In this document: positions 1 to 7,987 of the stretch, piece after piece
Layout of the letters: every line of letters begins with the position of its first letter
Numbering within the stretch: the first letter of the stretch is position 1
NCBI GenBank assembly: GCA_041736305.1
Contig: JBGSTX010000340.1
Location: forward strand, 1-13,873
Origin: Oligoflexus sp.
GTDB taxonomy: Bacteria > Bdellovibrionota_B > Oligoflexia > Oligoflexales > Oligoflexaceae
Reading direction: 5' to 3'
DNA: 13,873 bases
Program-made: the position numbers and the translations under genes
Notes under the pieces: generated by a model
Told to the model about the DNA's origin: nothing
The model's database searches: none
Seen by the model: the letters and a program-made list of their open reading frames with translations, nothing else

Positions 1-259
1 TTGACCCGCCCGAGCAAGAGAGGCAACTCTCAAGCTACGTTACGAGCGAATCAGATAGTTACCCCCGGATGCTTCACCAGTCCTGGGCTCTAAGGCAAGT
101 GGTTAAACAGGAGTAAGGGGATTAGGCCAGTGCTGCTTGCAGGTAAACCGCTCGATAACTTCGGCTAGGTGACCTTTACCCGCGCAAGCGGAGTACCCTG
201 GTGTAAGCCAGGATTGTCTCTCACGAGACGGACAGCCGGGAAAGACCGGCACCTTTTTT
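1..259 (+). ncRNA. HEARO / IscB-type omegaRNA scaffold (5' end and guide lie outside the window; 3' end approximate)
   Basis: Ordered motifs recalled as typical of HEARO/omegaRNA: TTGACC (1-6), CTACGTT (35-41), GGATGC..CCAGTCC..GCTCT (67-91), GGTTAAACAG (101-110), GCCAGTG (126-132), ATAAC..GGCTAGG..CTTTACC (155-180). Pairings visible in the sequence: GAGAG-GCAA-CTCTC (18-31); GTTACGAGCG 39-48 with CGCTCG(A)TAAC 149-159; GCAAGTGG 95-102 with CTGCTTGC 133-140; loop TCACC 74-78 with GGTGA 168-172 (pseudoknot-like); GNRA hairpins at 180-191 and 197-212. Confidence 0.85.
235..259 (+). terminator. Possible intrinsic terminator / omegaRNA 3' end
   Basis: GCCGG-GAAAGA-CCGGC stem (235-250), then ACC and a T6 run (254-259). 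The stem is short and the U-tract is not immediately adjacent. Confidence 0.45.
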
Positions 260-301
260 AGGATGATCTCCGACCTGGGAGATAGATTACTCTCAATTCC
301 T

Positions 302-321
302 CCCACCGATGAATCGGTGGG
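302..321. repeat. Perfect 8-bp inverted repeat; putative TnpA (Y1)-recognised subterminal hairpin
   Basis: CCCACCGA (302-309), loop TGAA, TCGGTGGG (314-321); 20 nt before the ATGAA junction. Confidence 0.75.
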
Positions 322-341
322 TATCCCTTGCGAGGCGGTTT

Positions 342-1325
342 ATGAAACCTAGCACCTGGATTTGGCACGGCGGAGAATTAGTACCTTGGGAAAATGCTAC
401 TGTGCATGTACTCTCTCACGCGCTACACTATGGTACCAGCGTCTTTGAAGGCATACGTTGCTACCCGACCAACCGCGGTCCTAGCTTTTTTCGTCTGCAA
501 GATCACATCGATCGTCTGCTTCAGTCAGCGCACATCTATCGGATGCCCATGACGGTGGGAGCTGAAGAATTGGTCGAAGCTTGCCATACAGTGGTCGCTA
601 AGAACAATCTGACGAACGCTTATATACGTCCCATTATATTTTACGGTTATGGCAGTATGGGCATCCGTCCAACGGCTGCGACCCGTCTCGAGATGGCGGT
701 TGCGGCTTTTGAATGGGGTGCTTATCTCGGCGAAGAAGGCATCGAAAAAGGGATCGATGTCGGCGTTACCTCCTGGCAACGTGCAGCGCCGAATACCCAT
801 CCTCAGCTCGCTAAAGCCGGTGGTAACTATCTAGCTTCGTTCTTTATGGTCGACGAAGCGCGTCGGCATGGTTACACCGAAATGATCGCTCTCACGCATC
901 AAGGATTTCTCAGCGAAGGTCCGGGTGAAAACCTCTTCATTGTGCGGAAGAACAAGATCTACACCCCTTCGATCCACTGCTCTATCCTCGAGGGGCTCAC
1001 GCGCGAAACAGTCATGACTCTAGCGCGCGACATGGGCTACGAAGTCGAAGAAGGTACCTACCCACGCGAGCTTCTATATATAGCCGACGAGCTCTTTTTT
1101 ACGGGTACCGCAGCCGAGATCACTCCGATTCGCAGCGTCGATGGACAAAAAGTAGGGGAAGGTCTTCCCGGTCCTGTGACGAAAGCTCTGCAGCGCGCCT
1201 ATTTTGGTCTTTTTAAAGGCGAAACGATCGACCGCTGGAACTGGCTTACGCCTCTGGCCAAATCATCGTCCGCCCATTCCGGGGATAAGCATGCAAAAAC
1301 AAAAACCCACAAGGACGGTGTTTGA
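342..1325 (+). CDS. ilvE: Branched-chain amino acid aminotransferase (PLP class IV)
   Basis: Motifs [30 protein letters not shown] (PLP lysine), [23 protein letters not shown]. Start placed at ATG 342 ([16 protein letters not shown]), because the 309-341 extension in the ORF track is the mobile-element end. Confidence 0.96.
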   Translation: MKPSTWIWHGGELVPWENATVHVLSHALHYGTSVFEGIRCYPTNRGPSFFRLQDHIDRLLQSAHIYRMPMTVGAEELVEACHTVVAKNNLTNAYIRPIIFYGYGSMGIRPTAATRLEMAVAAFEWGAYLGEEGIEKGIDVGVTSWQRAAPNTHPQLAKAGGNYLASFFMVDEARRHGYTEMIALTHQGFLSEGPGENLFIVRKNKIYTPSIHCSILEGLTRETVMTLARDMGYEVEEGTYPRELLYIADELFFTGTAAEITPIRSVDGQKVGEGLPGPVTKALQRAYFGLFKGETIDRWNWLTPLAKSSSAHSGDKHAKTKTHKDGV

Positions 1326-2685
1326 AAAAATTTGGCGGGCCCATCTGGTAGGCGAGGAAACTCCCGACCATCCCGCTTTGCTCTACATAGACCGCCACTT
1401 TGTGCATGAAGTCACTTCGCCGCAAGCCTTTAGCGAGCTACGGCAGCGTGGTCTCTCTGTCAGGCGGCCAGATCGAACCTTTGCTACTCTCGATCATTCC
1501 ATACCTAGCGATAAGCAGCGTCGCAACTACCCCGACGCACAAGTGCGCCAGCAGGTCCAAACCCTGCGAGAGAACTGCCAAGCTTTCGGTATTGAGCTCT
1601 TTGATATGGGCTCGGCCGAACACGGTATCGTTCACGTTATCGGCCCCGAACTCGGTCTCACTCTACCAGGCCAGACCATCGTCTGCGGCGACAGCCACAC
1701 GGCTACCCACGGAGCTTTCGGTGCATTAGCCTTCGGTATCGGTACGAGCGAAGTGGGCCATGTGCTGGCTACGCAGTGCCTCTTGCAGAGGCAGCCCAAG
1801 ACTATGGCTGTGCAGGTAGAAGGAGCCCTTCCTCACGGCGTGCTGGCCAAAGACTTGATTTTGGCGATTATCAAAGAACTTGGATCCGGGGGTGGCCGCG
1901 GCTACGTGATCGAGTACCAAGGCGCTGCGATCAGGGCCCTCGACATGGAAAGTCGGATGACGGTCTGCAACATGAGCATCGAAGCTGGGGCGCGGGCTGG
2001 GCTCGTGGCTCCTGATGATCTCACCAGCGCCTATCTTAAAGGTAGGCGCTATGCACCGCAGGGCGAAGCCTGGGAGCAGGCCCTCGAGCGCTGGAATGAG
2101 CTCTACAGCGATCCCGACGCCGCGTTTGATGCAAGTCTTCGCATCGATGCTTCGAAGCTCGCGCCTATGGTAACGTTTGGAACCTCTCCCGATCAATCGA
2201 TCCCCATCGATGGGGAAGTACCGAGTTCCAATCCCGAAATCGCTGAGGCGCTCGACTATATGCGTTTCGAAGGTGGACGTGGGCTGCTGGGCACGCCTAT
2301 CGATGTGGTTTTCATCGGCAGCTGCACCAACAGTCGCATCAGCGATCTACGCATGGCTGCCAGCATTCTCAAAGGGCATAAGAAGGCAAAAAATATTCGT
2401 CTTCTGATCGTGCCCGGTTCCGAAGGAGTGAAGCGTCAGGCAGAAGCCGAGGGACTCGCCCAGATTTTTATCGAGGCCGGCGCCGAATGGCGCGAGCCGG
2501 GCTGCTCCATGTGTATCGCCATGAATGGCGATCAGCTCGAAGCTGGGCAACTTGCCCTCAGTACCAGCAATCGCAACTTCGCTGGACGGCAGGGTAAGCT
2601 CGGGCGAACTATTCTCGGCAGTCCGGCGACAGCGGCTGCTACGGCCATCCATGGCTATCTCGCCGATCCGCGGTCCTTCCTATAA
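1291..2685 (+). CDS. leuC: 3-isopropylmalate dehydratase large subunit
   Basis: [32 protein letters not shown], and Fe-S cysteines in GSCTN and GCSMC; STSNRNF. Start placed at ATG 1291 after GGGGA (1281-1285), giving a 35-nt overlap with ilvE. Confidence 0.97.
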   Translation: MQKQKPTRTVFEKIWRAHLVGEETPDHPALLYIDRHFVHEVTSPQAFSELRQRGLSVRRPDRTFATLDHSIPSDKQRRNYPDAQVRQQVQTLRENCQAFGIELFDMGSAEHGIVHVIGPELGLTLPGQTIVCGDSHTATHGAFGALAFGIGTSEVGHVLATQCLLQRQPKTMAVQVEGALPHGVLAKDLILAIIKELGSGGGRGYVIEYQGAAIRALDMESRMTVCNMSIEAGARAGLVAPDDLTSAYLKGRRYAPQGEAWEQALERWNELYSDPDAAFDASLRIDASKLAPMVTFGTSPDQSIPIDGEVPSSNPEIAEALDYMRFEGGRGLLGTPIDVVFIGSCTNSRISDLRMAASILKGHKKAKNIRLLIVPGSEGVKRQAEAEGLAQIFIEAGAEWREPGCSMCIAMNGDQLEAGQLALSTSNRNFAGRQGKLGRTILGSPATAAATAIHGYLADPRSFL

Positions 2686-2698
2686 TAGGAGATGAGAA

Positions 2699-3277
2699 AT
2701 GCAAGGTTGGCAAGAACTGCGTTCGAGATTTTTACTGCTCGATAAGGCCCATATCGATACCGATCAGATTATTCCGGCTCGCTTCCTGAAGCAGACCCAC
2801 AAGGAAGGCTTGGGGGCGGCTCTCTTTTGCGACTGGCGCTACGATGCTGATGGCCGTTTACGGCCAGACGAAGCTTTAAATTTTCGCAGCGACGAGGGTC
2901 TCGAGATCCTGGTCGCAGGTCCCAACTTCGGCTGCGGCTCTTCGCGAGAGCATGCGGTCTGGGCGCTTTGCGACTATGGATTCCGGGCTGTGCTGAGTCC
3001 ATCTTTGAGCGATATTTTCAAAAGCAATGCTTTGAAGAATGGCCTCCTGACTCTGGAGGTCTCAGCGGATTTCTATCAAATTCTGCTCGCGCATCCGCAC
3101 AGTCAGCTGAGTATTAATCTTGAGCGTCGCCTCGTCACGGTGGATGGGAGACATGAATTCGAATTTCAAATGGAAGGATTTGCGCGCACTTGCTTGATGC
3201 AGGGGCTTGACCAGCTCGGCTATCTCCTGCAGCATGAACCTGCCATCAAACGCTACGAAGAGGAGTATTGCCCATGA
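2699..3277 (+). CDS. leuD: 3-isopropylmalate dehydratase small subunit
   Basis: IDTDQIIPARFLK, NFGCGSSREHA, DIFKSNALKNGLL; SD AGGAG at 2687-2691; follows leuC. Confidence 0.97.
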   Translation: MQGWQELRSRFLLLDKAHIDTDQIIPARFLKQTHKEGLGAALFCDWRYDADGRLRPDEALNFRSDEGLEILVAGPNFGCGSSREHAVWALCDYGFRAVLSPSLSDIFKSNALKNGLLTLEVSADFYQILLAHPHSQLSINLERRLVTVDGRHEFEFQMEGFARTCLMQGLDQLGYLLQHEPAIKRYEEEYCP

Positions 3278-4341
3278 GAGCCAATATTGTGCTTCTGCCT
3301 GGTGACGGCATCGGACCCGAAGTAGTAGCCAGCGCCGCCGAAGTCCTTCGCTGCATAGCGAAGGCCGAAGACTGGGGTATCGAGATGCAGACCGGATACA
3401 TAGGGGGTGCGGCCTATGAGCGCTGCGGTCGACCCTTGGATCCGAAGACTCTGGAAGCCTGTCGCAGCTCAGATGCCGTTCTACTCGGTGCCGTCGGCGG
3501 ACCGCAGTGGGAGCATTTGCCGGCCCATCTTCGTCCCGAAGCAGGCCTCTTAGAGCTGCGGCAAGAACTAGGGGTTTTCGCCAATCTCCGCCCTGTGCTG
3601 GCGAGGCCCGCCTTGTATAAGCGAACCCCTTTCCGACCTGAGCTTCTCGCCGGCGTCGATTTGATATTTGTGCGTGAATTAACCGGTGGAATCTACTTCG
3701 GAGAGAAAGCGGGCGATAGCGATCAGGCCTATGATATCTGCCGCTACTCCCGCGAAGAAATCCAGCGCATTGGGCGGACTGCTGCCTCGCTTGCCCTCTC
3801 GAGAAAAGGCCGGCTTTGCTCGATTGACAAGGCTAATGTGCTCGCGACCTCTCGGCTGTGGCGTCAGGTGATGACAGAGCTGATTGAAGACGAGTTTCCC
3901 GATTTGACCCTCGAGCATGTTCTGGTCGATGCTGCTGCTATGTATCTCATGCAGCGACCCAGCAGCTTCGATGTCATCGTCACGGAAAACATGTTTGGGG
4001 ACATCCTCTCCGATGAGGCCAGCATACTCGCTGGATCGCTGGGCCTGCTCCCTTCAGCCTCGTTGGGCGATGGAAACGTCGGCCTCTACGAGCCGATCCA
4101 TGGATCGGCCCCAAGCCTTGCCGGGCAGAATCTAGCGAATCCCATCGGTGCGATCCTCAGCGTCGCTCTCATGCTGCGACACAGTCTGGAAGCACCCCAG
4201 ATAGCCGACCGAATCGAAGCAGCTGTTGAAGCGCTGATCGAGGAGGATTTTCTCACGCCTGATCTCGCCGAGGGTACGCCCCGTACGACCGCTGAAGTCA
4301 CAGCTCGGGTTTGCCAGCATCTTAGCAAAAAATTTATCTGA
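3274..4341 (+). CDS. leuB: 3-isopropylmalate dehydrogenase
   Basis: LPGDGIGPEV, GAVGGPQW, RELTGGIYFG, DKANVL, NMFGDILSDEAS, YEPIHGSAP. ATG 3274 overlaps the leuD stop (ATGA); SD GAGGAG at 3260-3265. Confidence 0.97.
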   Translation: MRANIVLLPGDGIGPEVVASAAEVLRCIAKAEDWGIEMQTGYIGGAAYERCGRPLDPKTLEACRSSDAVLLGAVGGPQWEHLPAHLRPEAGLLELRQELGVFANLRPVLARPALYKRTPFRPELLAGVDLIFVRELTGGIYFGEKAGDSDQAYDICRYSREEIQRIGRTAASLALSRKGRLCSIDKANVLATSRLWRQVMTELIEDEFPDLTLEHVLVDAAAMYLMQRPSSFDVIVTENMFGDILSDEASILAGSLGLLPSASLGDGNVGLYEPIHGSAPSLAGQNLANPIGAILSVALMLRHSLEAPQIADRIEAAVEALIEEDFLTPDLAEGTPRTTAEVTARVCQHLSKKFI

Positions 4342-4534
4342 CCAGTTTGAGATGGTTGCCGTGGTTTGCTAGCCTTTCATTGGCGCTAGCAACTATGGCT
4401 TCGGACTTCCGACGGGCTTCAGCTTGGATTTCCATAGGTGAGAAAGAGGTTTGGCTCTGCAGCTTCAGGCCAAAGTTCCGATATAAAGTATACAGTGTAA
4501 CGATACCGAGCAGCGTCAAGAGCGAAGGCTGCAT
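4334..4534 (-). CDS. Small hypothetical single-pass membrane protein (66 aa)
   Basis: From the internal Met (MQPSLLTLLGIVTLYTLY...NHLKLVR). AGGGAG SD lies 6 nt upstream; a hydrophobic N-terminus is followed by a helical charged segment; stop is convergent with and overlaps leuB. Confidence 0.55.
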   Translation of the reverse strand: MQPSLLTLLGIVTLYTLYRNFGLKLQSQTSFSPMEIQAEARRKSEAIVASANERLANHGNHLKLVR

Positions 4535-4665
4535 GATGTACTCCCTAGGAAAGGCGCTTGATCGGGAAAGAGACTCGGGCCTAGCCGAGCTGTTCATTCA
4601 ATGATACCTCATGGGGAAGAATTTGGAACGGCCTTCAATTATATTCAAGTGAGGCTAAGGATATT

Positions 4666-5220
4666 TTGAGATCTAAACTGCTTCGAACTCCTGCCCCGAC
4701 TCTCCTACTGAGCTTTCTCTGTTTGAGTGGTGGAGCTTGCGCGAGTCTAAAAGAAATGTTCACTAGCGAGACCGACTACAAACCGAAGATAGAAGCGGGT
4801 CAGGATCCAACGGAGAAGCGAGAGAAGGGTGGCTATCGCACAATCATAGCCGGTGACGATCGATTCAACGTTGAGTATACGGTCGAGTCGCGCAACGATG
4901 TCCGCGATGCCGCTATCTGGGGACTCTATCGGTCTGCAGAAGTCGCTTTGCAGGAGGACGCTGCTTATTTAGTGTTCATTCGAGGACGGGTAGACAGCGT
5001 AGGGTACGAATATGTAGTGAAAGGCAGCCGGGCCTATAAACCTGAGGCGCAGCCGCCCACAGGTAAAAAAGGCGGGACTGCCTCTTTCCTCTTCCGCGTC
5101 TTTAAAGATAAGGCTGAGGCGGAGGCTTTTAAGAAAGACCCCTCTGTCACCCATCCTCTCGTCTACAGCAGCGAAGATCTCAAGAAACGGCTGAGTCCTT
5201 TTTTACCAGCTGCATCGTGA
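4666..5220 (+). CDS. Putative lipoprotein, resembling the CC0125/CC1285-like family
   Basis: Basic N-terminus, hydrophobic stretch and imperfect lipobox (LSGGA-C). Core GGY..IAGDDRFNVEY...LYRSAEVALQEDAAY resembles that family's GY..DRFxV..LYRAAE pattern (by eye). Confidence 0.65.
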   Translation: MRSKLLRTPAPTLLLSFLCLSGGACASLKEMFTSETDYKPKIEAGQDPTEKREKGGYRTIIAGDDRFNVEYTVESRNDVRDAAIWGLYRSAEVALQEDAAYLVFIRGRVDSVGYEYVVKGSRAYKPEAQPPTGKKGGTASFLFRVFKDKAEAEAFKKDPSVTHPLVYSSEDLKKRLSPFLPAAS

Positions 5221-5226
5221 AAACAT

Positions 5227-7212
5227 CTACATTAAGGCTTGATTGGGGCAGGGGGAAGAAGAAATGGCGCCATGAGCTATAGGAGGAGGAAGCTGATTCC
5301 TGGCATATCCAACTATTTTCTCGAGCAGTATACCAATACTGAAGGGTTTAGTGAGGTGGTCATTGCACCCGACTTCGAAGGCTCTGACCTTCTCATCTTT
5401 CATCGCCGCGGCGGAAACAGCCAAGATGGGGCGCTGATAGCCACTGGCTCGCAGCTTAGCGGTGGCATCGAATCCATCGAGCAGAGGCATATGCAGATCC
5501 ATCAACACCACATCGAATTCGTGGTCGCGGAGGATTACGACGGCTTCGAGGCCGTTTTCGGCCAGGGCTATGGTAGCTCCGTACTGCGCGAGAATCTGGC
5601 TAGCCAGGGCTCGGCTGTCGGGAGCATCTTCGACGATCAGTACCGAGATGCCCTCGAGCAATCTTTCGTTCTCCAGACCTAGATCTATCGAGCTTGGGGC
5701 ATGAATCAAATCGCGTTGTTCGTTCTCTCCCATGAGGCGCCAGCTTCCTTGGGCGTCGCGAGCTTGGACGGAAACCCGAAAGGTCGAACCAAAGCCGGGA
5801 TTACTGTAAACCAGATCGACCGTCCCACCCAAGAGCTGGGCCAGACGCCGTGAGAGGATCAGACCCAAACCGGTCCCACCGAAATTGCGGGCGACCGAGG
5901 CGTCGGCCTGCGAGAAGGCCATGAAGAGCCGGCTTTGCTGCAGCGGTTCTATACCAGGGCCGGTATCCATCACCGAGAATACGATGTCGATTGGGAGGCC
6001 CCGAGCCGTGCTCTTGCTCGTGATGTTGACGTGAACGCCCCCTTGCTGGGTGAACTTAACGGCGTTACCGACGATATTAATCAAAATCTGCTTGAGACGC
6101 ACAGGGTCGGACATAAACGTTTCGGGTAGTCCAAAATCGGAAGTGACGCGCAGGTAAATGCCCTTGTCGGCGGCTTGCTTGCCGATCAATTTGATGACAT
6201 CGGTGACTATCTCTGGCAGTGAGCAGCGAATATGCTCCACCTCCATCCGGCTAGCTTCTACCTTCGAGAGATCGAGAATATCATCGAGCAGCTGCTGAAG
6301 GAGTTTGCCATTGCGGGTGATCGTTCGAATAAAGTCACGCTGTTTTTCCGGCGAAAGCCGACTATTCTGCACCAGCTCTGCGAAACCCATGATGGCGTTC
6401 AGAGGGGTACGAATCTCGTGACTCATGTTGGCGAGAAACACGCTCTTCGCCTCGTTTGCACGTTCAGCGGACTCTTTGGCTTCCTTAAGTTCTTCTTCGA
6501 CTCGCTTCTTGTCTGTGATGTCCATGGCAATGCCAGCCATGCGAATCGGAAGCTCTGCATCGTCATAGAAGGCTCGCGCCTTCACCAAGCTCCAGCGAAT
6601 TCCGCCATCCGGCGTAACTATGCGAATCTCAATACTGAGATCGTTCTTGTAGGCTAGAGCTTGTTTTGCAGCTTCTTCAATCCGTGGCAAATCTTCAGGC
6701 GGAATTCTACTCTTGAATTCATGTGTTGCTAACTTTTCGGCCTGTCCGGTGCTGCCCGGTGTCCAAATTACCTCACCCGATCCTAAGTCCCAATCCCAGC
6801 TACTGATCTGTGCTACGTCTATTGCGAAGCGAACATTACTTTTTCTCTGCATAGCCTGCTTGAGCATCCGGACGAGTATCCATGACTGCAGATGTTCCAA
6901 GGGTAAAAGGTCAAAACTGAGCTGTGGATCCTTGATAAGATTTTCAACCTGCGACAATTCTGAAGAGCGATACACGAGAAGCAGCGGCGAAGAGGCGATA
7001 CTCCTGAACAAGGCGTAGGCGTCAGCCGGATTCATCTTTAGGAGATTCGCAGTATCCAACAAATAAACAAGATCAGTGCTAGCTTTGTAATTGACGAGGG
7101 CCTGGGGGTTGGGAACATAGACTTGAGCTATACCCTCCTCTTGGAGAAGGGAACTCAGCTCTTGCACAACGCTGGCATCGACGCAGAGGCAAACTCTAAA
7201 AGTTTCGCTCAT
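5227..7212 (-). CDS. Cytoplasmic hybrid sensor histidine kinase (degenerate REC-like - PAS/PAC - HisKA - HATPase - REC)
   Basis: SWDWD...IPPEDL...IRW..KAR..DITDKK (PAS/PAC); H-box FLANMSHEIRTPLN; N-box NIVGNAVKFT; G boxes DTGPGI and GGTGLGL; receiver IVED...LMDLHMP...KPF. No TM segment seen. Start at ATG 7212 preferred (GAGG upstream). Confidence 0.93.
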   Translation of the reverse strand: MSETFRVCLCVDASVVQELSSLLQEEGIAQVYVPNPQALVNYKASTDLVYLLDTANLLKMNPADAYALFRSIASSPLLLVYRSSELSQVENLIKDPQLSFDLLPLEHLQSWILVRMLKQAMQRKSNVRFAIDVAQISSWDWDLGSGEVIWTPGSTGQAEKLATHEFKSRIPPEDLPRIEEAAKQALAYKNDLSIEIRIVTPDGGIRWSLVKARAFYDDAELPIRMAGIAMDITDKKRVEEELKEAKESAERANEAKSVFLANMSHEIRTPLNAIMGFAELVQNSRLSPEKQRDFIRTITRNGKLLQQLLDDILDLSKVEASRMEVEHIRCSLPEIVTDVIKLIGKQAADKGIYLRVTSDFGLPETFMSDPVRLKQILINIVGNAVKFTQQGGVHVNITSKSTARGLPIDIVFSVMDTGPGIEPLQQSRLFMAFSQADASVARNFGGTGLGLILSRRLAQLLGGTVDLVYSNPGFGSTFRVSVQARDAQGSWRLMGENEQRDLIHAPSSIDLGLENERLLEGISVLIVEDAPDSRALASQILAQYGATIALAENGLEAVVILRDHEFDVVLMDLHMPLLDGFDATAKLRASGYQRPILAVSAAAMKDEKVRAFEVGCNDHLTKPFSIGILLEKIVGYARNQLPPPIAHGAISSSPCPNQALM

Positions 7213-7290
7213 CGGTATCCTCAACAGGCGCCGTAAGCTGGCGTTTCAAGGCAGCAAAGGTATCAGTACACATCAGTCAAATTCCTCGGT

Positions 7291-7518
7291 TCAAAACCAC
7301 CCACGTTGAAAAATCTCTAAATCAAAATGCAATGCATGCAGATGACTACCATCGGCAAGTTCTTCAGCTTGAGGATGAGCGAGGTGCATGAAACCCCGTT
7401 CATCTACGACAAACAAAGATGCAGGTAAATCGGCAATTTGAAAGAGCGGCTTGAAGTCCTGCTGTTTTGCATCGGGACTAGCACAGGTCATATACGCTGC
7501 GAAAAGGTCGCTGGTCAT
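7291..7518 (-). CDS. Small hypothetical protein (75 aa) with a partial PAS-like motif
   Basis: GGAGG SD 5 nt before ATG 7518; DLPASLFVVDERGFMHLAHPQAEEL resembles the start of a PAS fold; co-oriented with and just upstream of the kinase. Confidence 0.55.
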   Translation of the reverse strand: MTSDLFAAYMTCASPDAKQQDFKPLFQIADLPASLFVVDERGFMHLAHPQAEELADGSHLHALHFDLEIFQRGWF

Positions 7519-7916
7519 GGGTGCCTCCAACTAAAAAGAGAACGATAAAAAAAGATAAATTTCTGAAGCTCGCTCAGTCTGAAAATATTCGTACTCGCTT
7601 ACACGATTTCTAGTGCTGAAATGGAGATATGAATTTTGCCAATCTTTGTTCGTGATCGCTGCGAACAAAATTTTTAGCCATCTTATTACAACTCTTTGCG
7701 GAGTCTAGATGGAAAATAAATCTTTACTCAATTCGCTCGGAGAGACTGATCCCTTTCCCCTAGTCGCTATGAGGAGACGATTGGCGCGAGAGACGGGCTG
7801 TAGAGCGTTGGTTTGACGTGAATTCCTAGAGATAGCCGGCCTTCGGTTTCCGTGTTATGAACGAGCTTGAAAAAGTTTGGTTTATGGGCGGTCCTATTAG
7901 CAAAATATGCGCCTCA

Positions 7917-7959
7917 ATTACTCCTCAAGCGGCCTCTCGTATGGGAGGCGCTAAGTAAT
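7917..7959 (+). promoter_or_regulatory. Candidate thrS leader stem-loop with a Thr anticodon-like (CGU) loop
   Basis: ATTACT 7917-7922 / AGTAAT 7954-7959, AGC 7928-7930 / GCT 7950-7952 and GCCTC 7932-7936 / GAGGC 7945-7949 enclose TCGTATGG; the hairpin ends 15 nt before the SD AAAGG (7975-7979). Confidence 0.4.
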
Positions 7960-7987
7960 AAGTCTGTTGTATTGAAAGGTTGCCTTG

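Larger units (their letters stand above)
1..341 (+). mobile_element. Non-autonomous IS200/IS605-superfamily (IscB/OMEGA-type) mini-element lacking iscB; extends past the left edge of the window
   Basis: omegaRNA-like scaffold at one end and CAATTCCTCCCACCGA-TGAA-TCGGTGGGTATCC (294-326) at the other, matching the ATTCCTCCC-hairpin-GGGTTTCC pattern that ends IscB elements. ATGAA follows at 342. No PLMP/RRXRR/HNH/RuvC-coding sequence lies between the two ends. Confidence 0.75.

Noticed and set aside
1-260. T-box, riboswitch, tRNA or CRISPR interpretation of the ilvE upstream region
   Set aside because: No T-box consensus, cloverleaf or spaced direct repeats were seen; the motif order fits HEARO/omegaRNA better.
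103-306. 67-aa minus-strand ORF
   Set aside because: Antisense to the structured omegaRNA-like region; no recognisable motif.
309-341. ilvE start at ATG 309
   Set aside because: It lies inside the terminal hairpin with no SD; the IlvE-like sequence begins at Met 342.
263-352. 29-aa uORF (MISDLGDRLLSIPP...) as a leucine attenuator peptide or iscB remnant
   Set aside because: No Leu/Ile/Val run beyond LL, it lies downstream of the terminator-like stem, and it has no PLMP/RRXRR similarity.
1204-1290. Longer N-terminus for leuC
   Set aside because: Deep overlap with the conserved part of ilvE; the LeuC-like sequence starts after ATG 1291.
4347-4604. 85-aa plus-strand ORF with a signal-like start
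   Set aside because: TTG start with no SD. The overlapping minus-strand ORF has a clear SD and more protein-like composition. Not fully excluded.
5239-7018. Several plus-strand ORFs within the kinase gene (and similar nested ORFs in the leu, malic enzyme, moeB and rhomboid genes)
   Set aside because: Fully nested in well-supported genes with no independent motifs.
7800-7910. Sigma70 promoter for thrS (TTGACG near 7814, TTGAAA near 7867)
   Set aside because: No convincing -10 element at 16-18 nt spacing, so a promoter cannot be called.
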